Notes under the pieces: model-generated
Databases searched by the model: none
Seen by the model: the letters and a program-made list of their open reading frames with translations, nothing else
What the model was told of the DNA's origin: nothing
Origin: Escherichia phage EC1-UPM
Reading direction: 5' to 3' (one strand)
Length of the DNA stretch: 64,000 bases
Sequence record: NC_041906.1
Shown: piece by piece, positions 38,601 to 48,585 of the stretch
Layout of the letters: each line of letters starts with the position of its first letter
Position numbering within the stretch: position 1 is the stretch's first letter
Made by a program: the position numbers and the translations under genes

Positions 38601-41600
38601 GCGACCTTGAGCATCAAACTCAATGTTGTTAGCACCCATAATGGTATCGAACTTCTGCTGTGCATAATAACGGTCAGCAGGGTTAGTACTATCTGGGTCA
38701 GCCATGAATGCTTCGACGGTCAGGTTCTTAGTAACGTGTGTATAGTATTCCTGTGCACGAGCCATGGCAGCAGGATTAATAGCAGCCTCGGTAGCGAGTG
38801 CAGCAACAATGTTAGTGAAGAGACGTTGTTCCTGCATGTTCATGGTGAAGCCATGAGCCTGAACATCACGAGTTACTTTGGTTGCATTCACTACTGCATC
38901 AGAGAACTTACCTTTACGAATTACTTGCTGTACTGGTTCCGAACCAATGTAGTCAGTAATCAGTTTATCAAAGGTTTTCCCTAACTCTTCCAGACGAGTA
39001 TTGTTACCGTATGCTTTGTTATGGAACAGAGTAGTGTCTTTAGCTACAGCAGCAGTAGGAGCTTGTCCACGCATTACTACAGCAGAGTTAAACAGTAAAC
39101 CTGAGAACATATCATCTGCATTAGCAGGAGCTTTCTTACGACCAAATACCAGACGTTTGATTGCCTCATATACAGCCTGAACCATAGCCTTAAGTGCAGT
39201 GGTTTTCTTCTGCTTACTAATCAATTCTCGGTTGGTTAAACCCCAGGCCATGTACTCGTTCAATGCAGCAGCTTTAGCCATTGCTGGTTCAATGAAGCCA
39301 TTAGACAAGTGACCATTAATGGTATTAAGTGCATCAGCATATGCTTCACGTACTGCCGGAGATTCATCCTTAACATCCAGAGTACGGAACTGGTTCATCA
39401 GGTCTTCAATGTTCTGGACTGCTTCATTAGGAGTACCCTCGTAGTGAGCCAGTACAGATTCAAAAGTAGAAGCATGTACCAATTCATGAACCAGAGTCTC
39501 TAAGGAAGGGGTAACTAAGTAGATGGTTTTATCTTCAAAGTTAGTCCAGCCATATGCATTACCAGCTTCAGCAGCTTCAATATCTTCCGGTGCTGGGCGA
39601 GTAATATTCTTCTCAATGGCGTAGGCATCCAGTTGAGCAGGTGTACCGTAAACAACTTTATAGTCTTTAGCAGCAAGGGATTTCTGTATTTCTTTCAATA
39701 CTGCTTGCTGTTCAGGAGACATCTCTTTAGCCAGTTTAGTAATGGCAGTATTAGACAGTAGACGTACACCAGATTTCAGTACACGACCAACCATCTCCAT
39801 AGCAGGTACTTCAACCACTGGCACTTCCTTCACTGGTTCTACCTTCGTTGGTTCCGCTTTAGTAGCACGTACTGCTTCACGACGCTTGTTTAGTTCAGCA
39901 TCAAACAGTTCGTTCAGCTTAGCTACTTGCTGGTCTACAGTAAGACCTTCCAAAGAAATTTTACCGTTGTTCACATAAGGAGCGCCTACAGCAGCCATCT
40001 GGTCAACAGTGACCTGTACCTGGTCCATTACCTTGTGACGAATATCTACACCCAAAGCAATGTTACGCAGATTACGCTCAATCAATGCAATACCAGAATC
40101 TCTAATCATAGAAATTTTATAATCTCTATCACCATCTACTCTGGCAATATGAGCACGTTGCTCAAAGTCTAAAGCAGACTTCGCAATAGCATCTATTGCT
40201 GCATCGGATAACTTATTTAAATCAACATTCTTAGCAAACTTAGAGAAAGACTCATATACATTCTTGATAGGGTTACCCTGCCAGGAAATATATACAGCCT
40301 CATTAGCTTTACGGCTTGCATCAGTAATGTCATTGATACCAATGTTCATACCATCAAAGATTTTCAGGGTATTCTTCGGAGCACCTTTCATAGTAGAAAG
40401 GGTCTGCATCATCATGCCATCACCAGTACCGATGGTCATAAATGGAATACCTGCTACACCTGCCTGCGAAGGAGCATAGATGCTCATTGGCACACGCATA
40501 CGGTCATCTAAGTTGGTAGCCAGTACCTGGTTAGCAACATCAGTGTTTTCACTGCCAGCAATGTAGAAAGTCTGTGAGCCAGTCTTAATCATTGGAGCCA
40601 GAGGAGCTAAGCTATTCTGAATTTCATTCAGTTCTTTCTGTGTTAAGAAATCACCCTTCTTCCATGTTGGGTCTTTTTCTTTTTCTGCCAGCTTAGCCTG
40701 TACTGCTTGTTGGAACATATCCTGCAATACCAGAGATTGAATCTGAGTAGCCTTCTGCAAATTCTCAGTAGAGTGCATCAACCCCTCACCAACAGTGAAC
40801 CGGATACCTTGTCTCATTGGCTCAACAAAGAAGTGCAGCATATTCTCTTGTAAGTTCTTCAGAGAATCCCCGGATACGGTAAACCCCTGGGGATTTAACT
40901 CACCAGTCAGAACACCATCTACTTCCTTAATAAATAACCTACCTTTGCGTTTGGCTGGAATTTTGCCAGTCAATGCTTCCATAGAAGTAAGGAAGGTATC
41001 CAGCATAGCCTGAGCATCAGCCTCAGACGCAGCCTCCTTACCAAACATCGCCATAGCCGGAGAAATGCTAGGGTCAGCAGCACGTGCTTTCAGAACATCG
41101 CTTAGGCGTTCATAAATGGAATCAGTAATTGCACTTACCATTTTGCCAGCAATACCACGAGCACCAGAACCATAGATGGTAATGGTCAGTGGGTTTTTGG
41201 CGATACCACGTTTCAGGTCCAGAGTACCATCTTCATTCAAGTTAAAATCTTTGATGAACAAATCCATTAACTTCTGGAGATGGTCTATCTGGTTTATAAC
41301 AGAAATATCCTTACTATAAGCATTGCGTAATTCATTTAGATAGAATTGCAGACTATTAGTAGATGCTTCATACAGGTCAACATCGTCTTCCTGAGTATGA
41401 TGCTCATTCATAGTCTTACCAGCTTTACCAAAGAACAAACCACCTTTAGCAGTATTCTTAATCCAGTTTGAAGTGAACTTACCTCCAGTCATTAATACCA
41501 TTGCGTTGATTGGACCGTTGGTTACACCATCAGCTTCAACGTACAAAGGAGTATTAAAGTTGGCACGGTCATCACTGTTCAGGTAACGGGCATATTCCAT

Positions 41601-44600
41601 AAGAGCCATGAGAGCTACAAAGGATTTATCATTACCAAGAGATGTTCTCAGGATATCCACTGCATCAGTTGGTAAGTATCCAGACTTATCAAACTCAACC
41701 ATCATATCTACAGCAGGCTTCAGCTTACCTTCCAGAGCTTTGGTAAGTTCTTCTGACATAGTTTCACGGGTCATTTTATGAACTTTGATACCCAATGCCT
41801 GAGCCAGTCCAAGCTGGAAGCCTGAAAAATCTTCGTTGTTCTGGTTCGATAAATCCAGGGTAGCTTTGGTAGGTAAGATAGCCTCACGAACCAGCTTAGC
41901 TGATTGGGGGGTATATTTACCTAACATCTGCATACGACCAACACGGGTCATATTGTAAGCATAGTGGATAGGTACAGAAGAAATGTCTTTACTCTGTGCT
42001 CTTACCTGTTCAATAACAGAGAACAATTGGTTATAAGAGTCTTCTACTGAACGGTTCTTACCTTCCAGCGATTTAGCGTGGTTCTCGTTAAGTAATTCTT
42101 TATTCAGAGTACCAGCACCCATCAGTTCGAGGATACGGTCTTTACCTAATGCCTCATAGAACTGAACCATTGGGGTATGTACAAAGAACTCTGTATCCTG
42201 TTCTGCTTTAAGAGCAGCTTTCTGTTCTGGAGTATTACGAACAGCAGGGTTACGTAACTGTGTATGAGCCACGGAAGGAATATCATCACCCAGATACAAT
42301 TTCTCTGCTGGTTCTAAGAGTACAGCCTCCTCGATAGCAGTAGGATAATTATTAATTGCATCATTATCTTCTAACTTATCAATGGTATACAGACCAATCG
42401 TCTTATTGGATTCTGGGTCAATCTCAGACACATCCAGCATAGACTCTTTAACTTCACCCATCTCAATGAAAGAAGACAGAATCTCTGTAGCCATTGCCAC
42501 TGGGATACCCTTGGTATAACCAAGTGGTGCATCGGCATTACGGTTAAGCCCCCAGTAAGACTCAATCTTTTGAGCCAGTGAGTTAGTAGCTTCAACCAGG
42601 GTCTGAGCATTCTCGAAGTCAGCCAGAATACCTTCTGGTAACAAAGACTCATTTACACCAGTAATAGCAGCTACGTCTTTCATGTCTTTAATGGCAGCAT
42701 TCTGTGTAGCAGTAAGTCGCCATTGCAGACCAGCAAGTACAGCAGTCTCTAACAACTGGTCATTGAACTTAAAGGTATCACCATCTTTTTCTACGATGTT
42801 AAGTAACTTACCACCCACCCAACGGTTAGCCTCAGTCCCTTCTGCAAAACGTTTACCAACGTTCTTGTTAGCAAGGAACTTAGCCAGACGGTCAGACAGG
42901 GTAGTCTTCAGAGTTTCACCGAAATCAAATAAGTCCTGATAACGCTTAATCACATCACTTGTGAGAGCGTTATTTTCTTTTTGAGTGAATGCTTCAAAGC
43001 GAGCAACGGAAGACAATGCTTTCTTAACATCAGTCAAAGGAGACTCGGAACCAATGGTACGAGACTTAGGTTCTTCTGGTAGAGAAAATGCTTTAAGGAA
43101 CTGGTTCGGTGTCTTGTCATTGTTATAGACAGGGAACACTGTTTCCATTTGAGATAGAGGTTTACCACCAACGGTATAGTCTGCTTTCAGTTGAGCCAGA
43201 GATACTTCTTCCTTCTCAACGTTATTAGTGTTACGCCCAGACGTATCTACACCAACCTGAATCAGTGCATTGTTTGCTTCTACAAATGATTGAACAGTAT
43301 TAAATTGTTCAGGAGTTAGTTTCTGATTATCAAATAGTTGTAAAGATACAAATGGTTGTTCACTGCCTTTGTAGAAGGTAGAGCGAATAGCACCAGTATC
43401 TAGTGACATATCTCGATAACCATCGTGTCCAAATACATCAGACAGACTGATGTGGTCGCCATTGGAACCAACAACAGTACCATCAGCAAATAACCATGGA
43501 CTCTCCCTACGATCACCATACTTATTAAGAGTATCTTGAGAAATGGTATTCTCTTTTACATAAGCATCCTGTTCAGATTCAGTAGGTTGCTCGATGGTAT
43601 CCTCATTAGTGAGGGTAGCATCCTGTTTTTCAGACTGATTCTCAGGTTCTTTTACAGGCTGTGGTTTAGACTCTTTAGTAGTGGGTTCTGTTTTAACAGC
43701 TTCACTAACAGAGGGTTTAGTCTGTACAGTAGGGGTAACTGGTTCCTGTTTTGTAACAGGAGTTTCATCAACCTGATTCACTGGTTCACTAGTCTGTTGG
43801 GATTGAGCAGCATCAAGATTGCCCTGACGGAACTCTTTAACTACCTGGGCAGCAGGCTTGTCTAGACGTGAATCCAATGGGGTAACTTTAACATGAGAAA
43901 CATTAAGCTCCGGGTAAGCCGTAGCAAGTGCGTTAGCAATATCAGCTACGGTCTTGGCTTCCAGTCCTACTTGCTGGGCAAACTTAACCGACTTGGTATC
44001 ATACGGATTGACACCGAGGCCAGTACGACTACGTACCCATTCACGCGAAGGAGTAAGAGCCTGATAATGGACAGACTTATTCTTATCCGCATTCCCAGAA
44101 ATCAGATGCTCATTCAACGCTCCGACCTTATTCTGCATGTGCTGGGCGAACTTCATAAAGTCGTCGAGATAAGCGGAAGCCAAATCGAAGTTACCAGAGT
44201 TGTACGCAGAACGAATGCGTTTAGCATGTTGCAACGCAGAGTACTGGCCTTCATTAGAACGAGACTCGTCGGTTTTAATTTGTTTACTAACAATGTCCTG
44301 AGGACGTAAGCCTAGTTCTTCTGCTTTAGCGTCAAATTCTCGTGCTCCTTGCAATAGAGCAGCAGCAGATTGCAGGGCAGCACGCTGACGATTCCCTAGC
44401 GTAATCTTACCTTCACTTGCATGTTTCAGAACCATGTTCACTGAGTCTGCATCCAGTACTTCTGGAGACATATCAGCAGCCATAGCAATGTTGTTTGCCT
44501 GGGCTTGGTTAGCTTCTTCAGTAGCCTTCAGTTTACCTGCTTCAGCCTGTTCCTGAATCATGGAATGAATAGCACGGAATGCACGGAGTACCTTCGGTGT

Positions 44601-46523
44601 ATTCTGAACGTTAGCCATCAGGCCAGAGAACTGGTCTACGATTGCAGCAGCAGGAGAACCTTGTTCCAGATTAGCCAGAGCACCTGGGTCACGGTTAATG
44701 AAGCTATCCATAGACATGATGTTGTCATACATCTGGATTGCAGCTTCCATTTGAACGTTAGGGTCTTCAGCAGTATTAACCAGGTCAGCCATTTTCTGAA
44801 TAGCTTCAACACGGTTAGTGGAACCAGAAACAGCTTCACGGATTGCAGGACTAGCTTGTTCTAGTTCTACTGGGTCAAACTTCATTGCCTGAGTTAAGTC
44901 AGCAGCATACTGAGTAGCAGCAGCTTTCTCTTCAGGAGAAATATCCATTGCATCTACTGCTTCCTGAACAGTTGCTTGTGCTTGTTCTGCCTGAGCAGTA
45001 GCTTCTTGTGCAGCAGCGTTAACTGTAGCGTCTGATACGGGAGATGCTTGTTCATTACGCTTAGCTACTTCTTCCCCACGTTGAACCAGAATGTTAGTAA
45101 TAGGAGAAGCTACTTTTGCTAGTGCCTTACCAGCCAGAGAAGCACCAGCCAGGGTAGTACGTACAGCAGGACCAACGGCAGCACCAGCAGCCTTAACAGT
45201 TGCACCAGGAGCTTGAGCAACTCCAGCAGAACCAAAGCCATACAACGCACCAAGACCAGTTTGTTCACCCACACCTTTAAGCAATTCACGATTAGCATCT
45301 ACATTACCTTGAATTGCTTTGTTCTGTGCAAACTGACTTGTACCAGACTGGATACCTTCTTCCACAGTTTCACGGAGCATGTTAGAACCAGCACCGGCCA
45401 GTGAACCTACCTTGAGTGGGTTAAGTTCAAACTTAGATACCAGTGGACCAGTAATAGCAGCAACCGGAGCAGTTAAGCCAGCAGCAGTGATACCTGTTTC
45501 AGATGCAGTCTGACGTCGTGCCTCTTCAGGAGTTAAGCCGTCTTTAATATGCTGTTGGTATACTGGGGATTTAGCAGCCAGTTCACTGAATGGCATTTCC
45601 ATAATTTCATTGGCAGTCTGTTGGTATGCACCACCAGCTTCCATACCACCAATTGCTATAGCAGGTGCAGCAACACGACCAGTAGCTAATGCAGTACGTG
45701 CAGGACGTGAACCTAATTCAGCAGCTAAGGTAATACCCTTAACAGCTTTATCTCCACCTACCATTACTTTACCTAGTGCAGATACACCACGAATTAATGG
45801 GCCACCGGTAAAGAGAGAACCAACACCCTCAGCCAGACCATCTGTAGCAGCCATGCCATTAGATAAGGTGTTAGCAACAGAATCATAAGCATCACGACCG
45901 ATACGAGACAGGGAAGCAACGAGTTCACTTTCTCCTTTATCAATATCCTGCTTATAGAGTTTCTCATTTTCCTGTGCAGATATTACGTTCTGGTTCTGTA
46001 CTACATTACGACGAGCATTCAATGCATCAGACTGTAGGTTGTGTACACCTTTATTCAACCAGTCAAGACCGGAAGCAATGGATGCCCCGGCATTATCATT
46101 GACCAAGCCTGTGCCAAGAGCAGCAATGCCCCCGAGGGTATTAGCAACACCAAGACCAACACCAGAAAGGGTATCACCAAGTGCTTCACCATATGTACGA
46201 CTCTTAGTTAAATCACGACGAACAGCATTAGCTGCATTGACACGAGCATTGAGAATATCCATTCCTTGCTCATTGCCATATTTATTTATGATTTCGAGAG
46301 GAGAGGCATTAGTAAAATCTGCCTGAATAGAACCTGGGTCAAATGCACCAGCACCTAAGTTACCAGCACGACCTGCCTGTAATTGGTAAGCGTTCTGTGG
46401 AGTTAATTGGAAAGGGTTTTGCCCTTGTTCAGCTTGTTTCCGAGAGGTTGCAGTAGAGACATCGACTTGCTTAGCAGTAGTGATGCTGTCTGCGAAACCT
46501 GCCAGACGGTCAAATGTTGACAT
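35685..46523 (-). CDS. giant virion-encapsidated RNA polymerase (vRNAP, N4 gp50-like)
   Basis: ~3600 aa ORF, hallmark of N4-like phages; ATG at 46523 with AGGA RBS (track start 46541 is TTG). Confidence 0.9.
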   Translation of the reverse strand: MSTFDRLAGFADSITTAKQVDVSTATSRKQAEQGQNPFQLTPQNAYQLQAGRAGNLGAGAFDPGSIQADFTNASPLEIINKYGNEQGMDILNARVNAANAVRRDLTKSRTYGEALGDTLSGVGLGVANTLGGIAALGTGLVNDNAGASIASGLDWLNKGVHNLQSDALNARRNVVQNQNVISAQENEKLYKQDIDKGESELVASLSRIGRDAYDSVANTLSNGMAATDGLAEGVGSLFTGGPLIRGVSALGKVMVGGDKAVKGITLAAELGSRPARTALATGRVAAPAIAIGGMEAGGAYQQTANEIMEMPFSELAAKSPVYQQHIKDGLTPEEARRQTASETGITAAGLTAPVAAITGPLVSKFELNPLKVGSLAGAGSNMLRETVEEGIQSGTSQFAQNKAIQGNVDANRELLKGVGEQTGLGALYGFGSAGVAQAPGATVKAAGAAVGPAVRTTLAGASLAGKALAKVASPITNILVQRGEEVAKRNEQASPVSDATVNAAAQEATAQAEQAQATVQEAVDAMDISPEEKAAATQYAADLTQAMKFDPVELEQASPAIREAVSGSTNRVEAIQKMADLVNTAEDPNVQMEAAIQMYDNIMSMDSFINRDPGALANLEQGSPAAAIVDQFSGLMANVQNTPKVLRAFRAIHSMIQEQAEAGKLKATEEANQAQANNIAMAADMSPEVLDADSVNMVLKHASEGKITLGNRQRAALQSAAALLQGAREFDAKAEELGLRPQDIVSKQIKTDESRSNEGQYSALQHAKRIRSAYNSGNFDLASAYLDDFMKFAQHMQNKVGALNEHLISGNADKNKSVHYQALTPSREWVRSRTGLGVNPYDTKSVKFAQQVGLEAKTVADIANALATAYPELNVSHVKVTPLDSRLDKPAAQVVKEFRQGNLDAAQSQQTSEPVNQVDETPVTKQEPVTPTVQTKPSVSEAVKTEPTTKESKPQPVKEPENQSEKQDATLTNEDTIEQPTESEQDAYVKENTISQDTLNKYGDRRESPWLFADGTVVGSNGDHISLSDVFGHDGYRDMSLDTGAIRSTFYKGSEQPFVSLQLFDNQKLTPEQFNTVQSFVEANNALIQVGVDTSGRNTNNVEKEEVSLAQLKADYTVGGKPLSQMETVFPVYNNDKTPNQFLKAFSLPEEPKSRTIGSESPLTDVKKALSSVARFEAFTQKENNALTSDVIKRYQDLFDFGETLKTTLSDRLAKFLANKNVGKRFAEGTEANRWVGGKLLNIVEKDGDTFKFNDQLLETAVLAGLQWRLTATQNAAIKDMKDVAAITGVNESLLPEGILADFENAQTLVEATNSLAQKIESYWGLNRNADAPLGYTKGIPVAMATEILSSFIEMGEVKESMLDVSEIDPESNKTIGLYTIDKLEDNDAINNYPTAIEEAVLLEPAEKLYLGDDIPSVAHTQLRNPAVRNTPEQKAALKAEQDTEFFVHTPMVQFYEALGKDRILELMGAGTLNKELLNENHAKSLEGKNRSVEDSYNQLFSVIEQVRAQSKDISSVPIHYAYNMTRVGRMQMLGKYTPQSAKLVREAILPTKATLDLSNQNNEDFSGFQLGLAQALGIKVHKMTRETMSEELTKALEGKLKPAVDMMVEFDKSGYLPTDAVDILRTSLGNDKSFVALMALMEYARYLNSDDRANFNTPLYVEADGVTNGPINAMVLMTGGKFTSNWIKNTAKGGLFFGKAGKTMNEHHTQEDDVDLYEASTNSLQFYLNELRNAYSKDISVINQIDHLQKLMDLFIKDFNLNEDGTLDLKRGIAKNPLTITIYGSGARGIAGKMVSAITDSIYERLSDVLKARAADPSISPAMAMFGKEAASEADAQAMLDTFLTSMEALTGKIPAKRKGRLFIKEVDGVLTGELNPQGFTVSGDSLKNLQENMLHFFVEPMRQGIRFTVGEGLMHSTENLQKATQIQSLVLQDMFQQAVQAKLAEKEKDPTWKKGDFLTQKELNEIQNSLAPLAPMIKTGSQTFYIAGSENTDVANQVLATNLDDRMRVPMSIYAPSQAGVAGIPFMTIGTGDGMMMQTLSTMKGAPKNTLKIFDGMNIGINDITDASRKANEAVYISWQGNPIKNVYESFSKFAKNVDLNKLSDAAIDAIAKSALDFEQRAHIARVDGDRDYKISMIRDSGIALIERNLRNIALGVDIRHKVMDQVQVTVDQMAAVGAPYVNNGKISLEGLTVDQQVAKLNELFDAELNKRREAVRATKAEPTKVEPVKEVPVVEVPAMEMVGRVLKSGVRLLSNTAITKLAKEMSPEQQAVLKEIQKSLAAKDYKVVYGTPAQLDAYAIEKNITRPAPEDIEAAEAGNAYGWTNFEDKTIYLVTPSLETLVHELVHASTFESVLAHYEGTPNEAVQNIEDLMNQFRTLDVKDESPAVREAYADALNTINGHLSNGFIEPAMAKAAALNEYMAWGLTNRELISKQKKTTALKAMVQAVYEAIKRLVFGRKKAPANADDMFSGLLFNSAVVMRGQAPTAAVAKDTTLFHNKAYGNNTRLEELGKTFDKLITDYIGSEPVQQVIRKGKFSDAVVNATKVTRDVQAHGFTMNMQEQRLFTNIVAALATEAAINPAAMARAQEYYTHVTKNLTVEAFMADPDSTNPADRYYAQQKFDTIMGANNIEFDAQGRSSLLPTFVGLAMVSEEVRKVLADIPVMKADKKSGNTVDAMLTNIGTAAMASLNARVAGDTKASNVQEGMDALAQTIMQTSLNAQSFYDSVATPTGNAIDRANQYLVDSIDVLSTRALGGAREVAANTKNPLVKGAAHAAQLVAAIATEKNGAIVAEGVMAAMNQGKVWQPFHDLVNDIIGRTKSNASVYDLIKAVRAQVQADRQQFREHLPTTIASKFSRKLTNDEWKAMHTGMGKTDLAVLRDTMPLDEIRDLLTDQKIVDREVNKLEADLQKQAGRNWPLISRKSKQLAQYMINGTVGNNLLRNATAISRLLGERKTTSSIVDVAQLDKLITLYALEAMNKTDREMLSSLAQTEIEGMDFATSYLVGQRKDEMAKAKSDSRATLNQYKGYIPSENKQGVNLIVAEDSQFADLIEKSYVRLGTYQGSSANRGSARSYYFAPVQAQAPFSQGILQNVRNTAGGADLGTGFTMGTMVAGRITDKPSVDRITKALARGERGNEPLLPVYDANGNVVAYEQSIDPNMLKHIEGDNHLARAIGVWRGRQVEEAKAQRFNDMLIENLHSMYENDLKMSASNKFQYVNLFDSKLDPVTADALKLMNSETRRKAESLFGPGELWVRRDMLNDALGYRAASVGDAWSGNSRWSPETLDTFKKAMLGVFGNRAYKYVMGGENLVQNLVKEAKTLIVVKSVVVPAVNFLANLYQMVARGVPVKNIAKSIPQKTAEINQYLKSRLRQVDAEAELRAATNPNQIRKLKAEIQSITDSHKRLSIWPLLEAGEFSSIADAGIGRDDILITEGKLHEYMDKLADKLPKSVRNAGRYALITKDTALFQGIQKTVEYSDFIAKAIIYDELTQRKGKTREEALGRVTEEFINYDRLPGRFRGYMESVGLMWFYNFKIRSAKVAVSMIRNNPVHAAMAMLAPTPTMFGNVGLPIQDNIFSIAAQGNLGYSFGFGQGLRAHNLNPWLNLTN

Positions 46524-46590
46524 AGCATGATTCCTGTTCAAACTTATATCGTATAAGAAGATTCACTGTACAGTAAGTGAATGTAAGAGA

Positions 46591-46610
46591 AAAGCCCCGG
46601 ATGGGGCTTT
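46591..46610 (-). terminator. intrinsic terminator-like hairpin after gp51-like gene
   Basis: AAAGCCCC-GGAT-GGGGCTTT between stop at 46627 and vRNAP start. Confidence 0.4.
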
Positions 46611-46626
46611 ATTAGTATGTAAGATT

Positions 46627-48573
46627 TTATCGAGGTTGCATATAGGGAGGTAAACCCTCTGCTAATTTTCGATAACGTTTAGCTCGTTCTTCATCTTCAC
46701 GACTGCGTTCACGCTCTACGGAAGCATTAGAACGGAAGTTCTGTGGAACCAGGTTCCCTTGATTAGCTACCACAGTATTAACAGCAGCATCCAGTGCAGC
46801 CCGTGCTCTTACTAACTCAGCTTCACGAGCAGGAATAGTAGCAGCAAGTCCGCTTTGACCAGCAGCCACACGACGACGAGTATCAGCAAGTAAGGTTTCT
46901 GCTTGATCTACCTGGTTCTGGGCATTAGCAATATTACCCTGTACCTGAGTAAGAACATTATCACGAGCAGTAGCTTCAATGCCTTCCCCACGTCGCACTG
47001 AACGTGCTAGTTCTCTGGCAACGGTATCGTCAATACGAATACCATTACCACCTTCCGGTGATTTCCCTGGTGTAAGCGCATCCCAGGTACGACCAAGAAT
47101 ACCCTCTGGTACGTTTGTAATAGATTGCTTAAGAATCTCAGCAGCTACAGCAGGAGACTGCCCCGATTCCTGCATAACTTTATTCAGTCGAGCTACCATC
47201 CATCCTTTCTCAGAACCTTTAAAAGCATCCTTGAGAAGACGGTCTGCTACTTCACCAATGGTGGAGTTGTCACGTAATGCACGAGCATAGTTAGCAGTAA
47301 TGGTTCCAGTATTATCTTCAGACTGGCGTGCAGCAACTGTATTGCCTGCCATGTTTGAAACTACTTGCTGGGTCTGTAGCTGGTCAAGAGGTGCACCTAC
47401 TTCTGCCTGTGCAATTAACTGACGTGCTTCACTCCACGGCATATCCTTATAACCACCTACACCCAAGTCAGGCAATGCAGCCCAAGTCTTGGAAAGGTTA
47501 CCACTCTTACGGTCATTAAAGATTGCTTCAGCTATTTTGTCCTGTACTTCAGGAGTCATTTGCTGATTACGCCAGTCTGAACCAAGTACCTTAGGTGCAT
47601 AGTCTTCCAGGGTAGCTTTATTAATCTGGAATGCTCCTACAGGGGAATGACCTTGTGACGGGTTATTAATCATAGTTTGCTGATGATTAGTAACCTCACC
47701 CAGTGTCATTTCAGTAATAGGCTTATCAGTAGCAGCAAAGGTATAGGTTGCATCATAAGGGGAACCAGAACGAGTACCAGCAGTTCCAGGAGCAGAGCCA
47801 GAAGGGGATGTAGCATAAGTACCAGGGAATCTCTCGTTCACACCCCGCATGATTGCAGAACGTACACCTGGGGAAGCATTCTGCATAGCAGACTCTGCCA
47901 GTGTAAGAGCATCCATAGGAGTGGAAGCACTACGGAAGATGTCAGTCAATATACCGGATGCAGCTTGTGAATCAGCATCATTACGTTGACGTACATTAAG
48001 GTCAAAGCGACTACTTGCCTGATTAATAGCAGCACCACCTTGCCCCTGAAGACGGCTCAACATATCCAGTTGTTGGTCAGCAGGAAGTGCAGATAATGCA
48101 TCACGGGTTTGACCTAATGCAGTATTAATACGGTTCTGGTCACCTGACTGATAAGCCTCAGACAGCAAACGAATAGCCGGTGAAGCATTATCTAGGGCAG
48201 AGTCAGTATTCTGTAAACGACCGAAACGATAAGCATTGTAGTCATTGGTTCCTTGCTGACCTTGCTGAGTCAGAAGAGTACCTGCTCGCTCATCCAGATT
48301 CTGAAGAGTACGCTGACTTACTAATGAAGGGTCAACCCCCTGGAACAATGCACCTGATGCTAAAGCATTACGATACTCAGTAGGGTCTTGGTATCGCATA
48401 GCATTCATCATGACGGCATTGCCAGCCTCCTGCTTGGCAGCGTTCTGGAAATTACCCAGTGCATCACTTAAGCCGGAGGTAGCGTTACCAATCATGTTTC
48501 CAAATGTGCGAATGCTGTCACCTACTCCAGAGAAGTTAGGTGCATCAACATTTCTCCATGTTATCTGGCTCAT
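46627..48573 (-). CDS. internal virion protein (N4 gp51-like) with possible lysozyme-like segment
   Basis: 648 aa, Q/N/G/A-rich; segment EMTLGEV...GAFQINKATLEDY resembles transglycosylase core. Confidence 0.5.
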   Translation of the reverse strand: MSQITWRNVDAPNFSGVGDSIRTFGNMIGNATSGLSDALGNFQNAAKQEAGNAVMMNAMRYQDPTEYRNALASGALFQGVDPSLVSQRTLQNLDERAGTLLTQQGQQGTNDYNAYRFGRLQNTDSALDNASPAIRLLSEAYQSGDQNRINTALGQTRDALSALPADQQLDMLSRLQGQGGAAINQASSRFDLNVRQRNDADSQAASGILTDIFRSASTPMDALTLAESAMQNASPGVRSAIMRGVNERFPGTYATSPSGSAPGTAGTRSGSPYDATYTFAATDKPITEMTLGEVTNHQQTMINNPSQGHSPVGAFQINKATLEDYAPKVLGSDWRNQQMTPEVQDKIAEAIFNDRKSGNLSKTWAALPDLGVGGYKDMPWSEARQLIAQAEVGAPLDQLQTQQVVSNMAGNTVAARQSEDNTGTITANYARALRDNSTIGEVADRLLKDAFKGSEKGWMVARLNKVMQESGQSPAVAAEILKQSITNVPEGILGRTWDALTPGKSPEGGNGIRIDDTVARELARSVRRGEGIEATARDNVLTQVQGNIANAQNQVDQAETLLADTRRRVAAGQSGLAATIPAREAELVRARAALDAAVNTVVANQGNLVPQNFRSNASVERERSREDEERAKRYRKLAEGLPPYMQPR

Positions 48574-48585
48574 GATGGTTTCCTA

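Noticed and set aside
36643-46326. Numerous + strand ORFs of 60-140 aa inside the vRNAP gene
   Set aside because: Antisense shadow ORFs within a long, motif-supported - strand gene; low-complexity translations and no RBS context.
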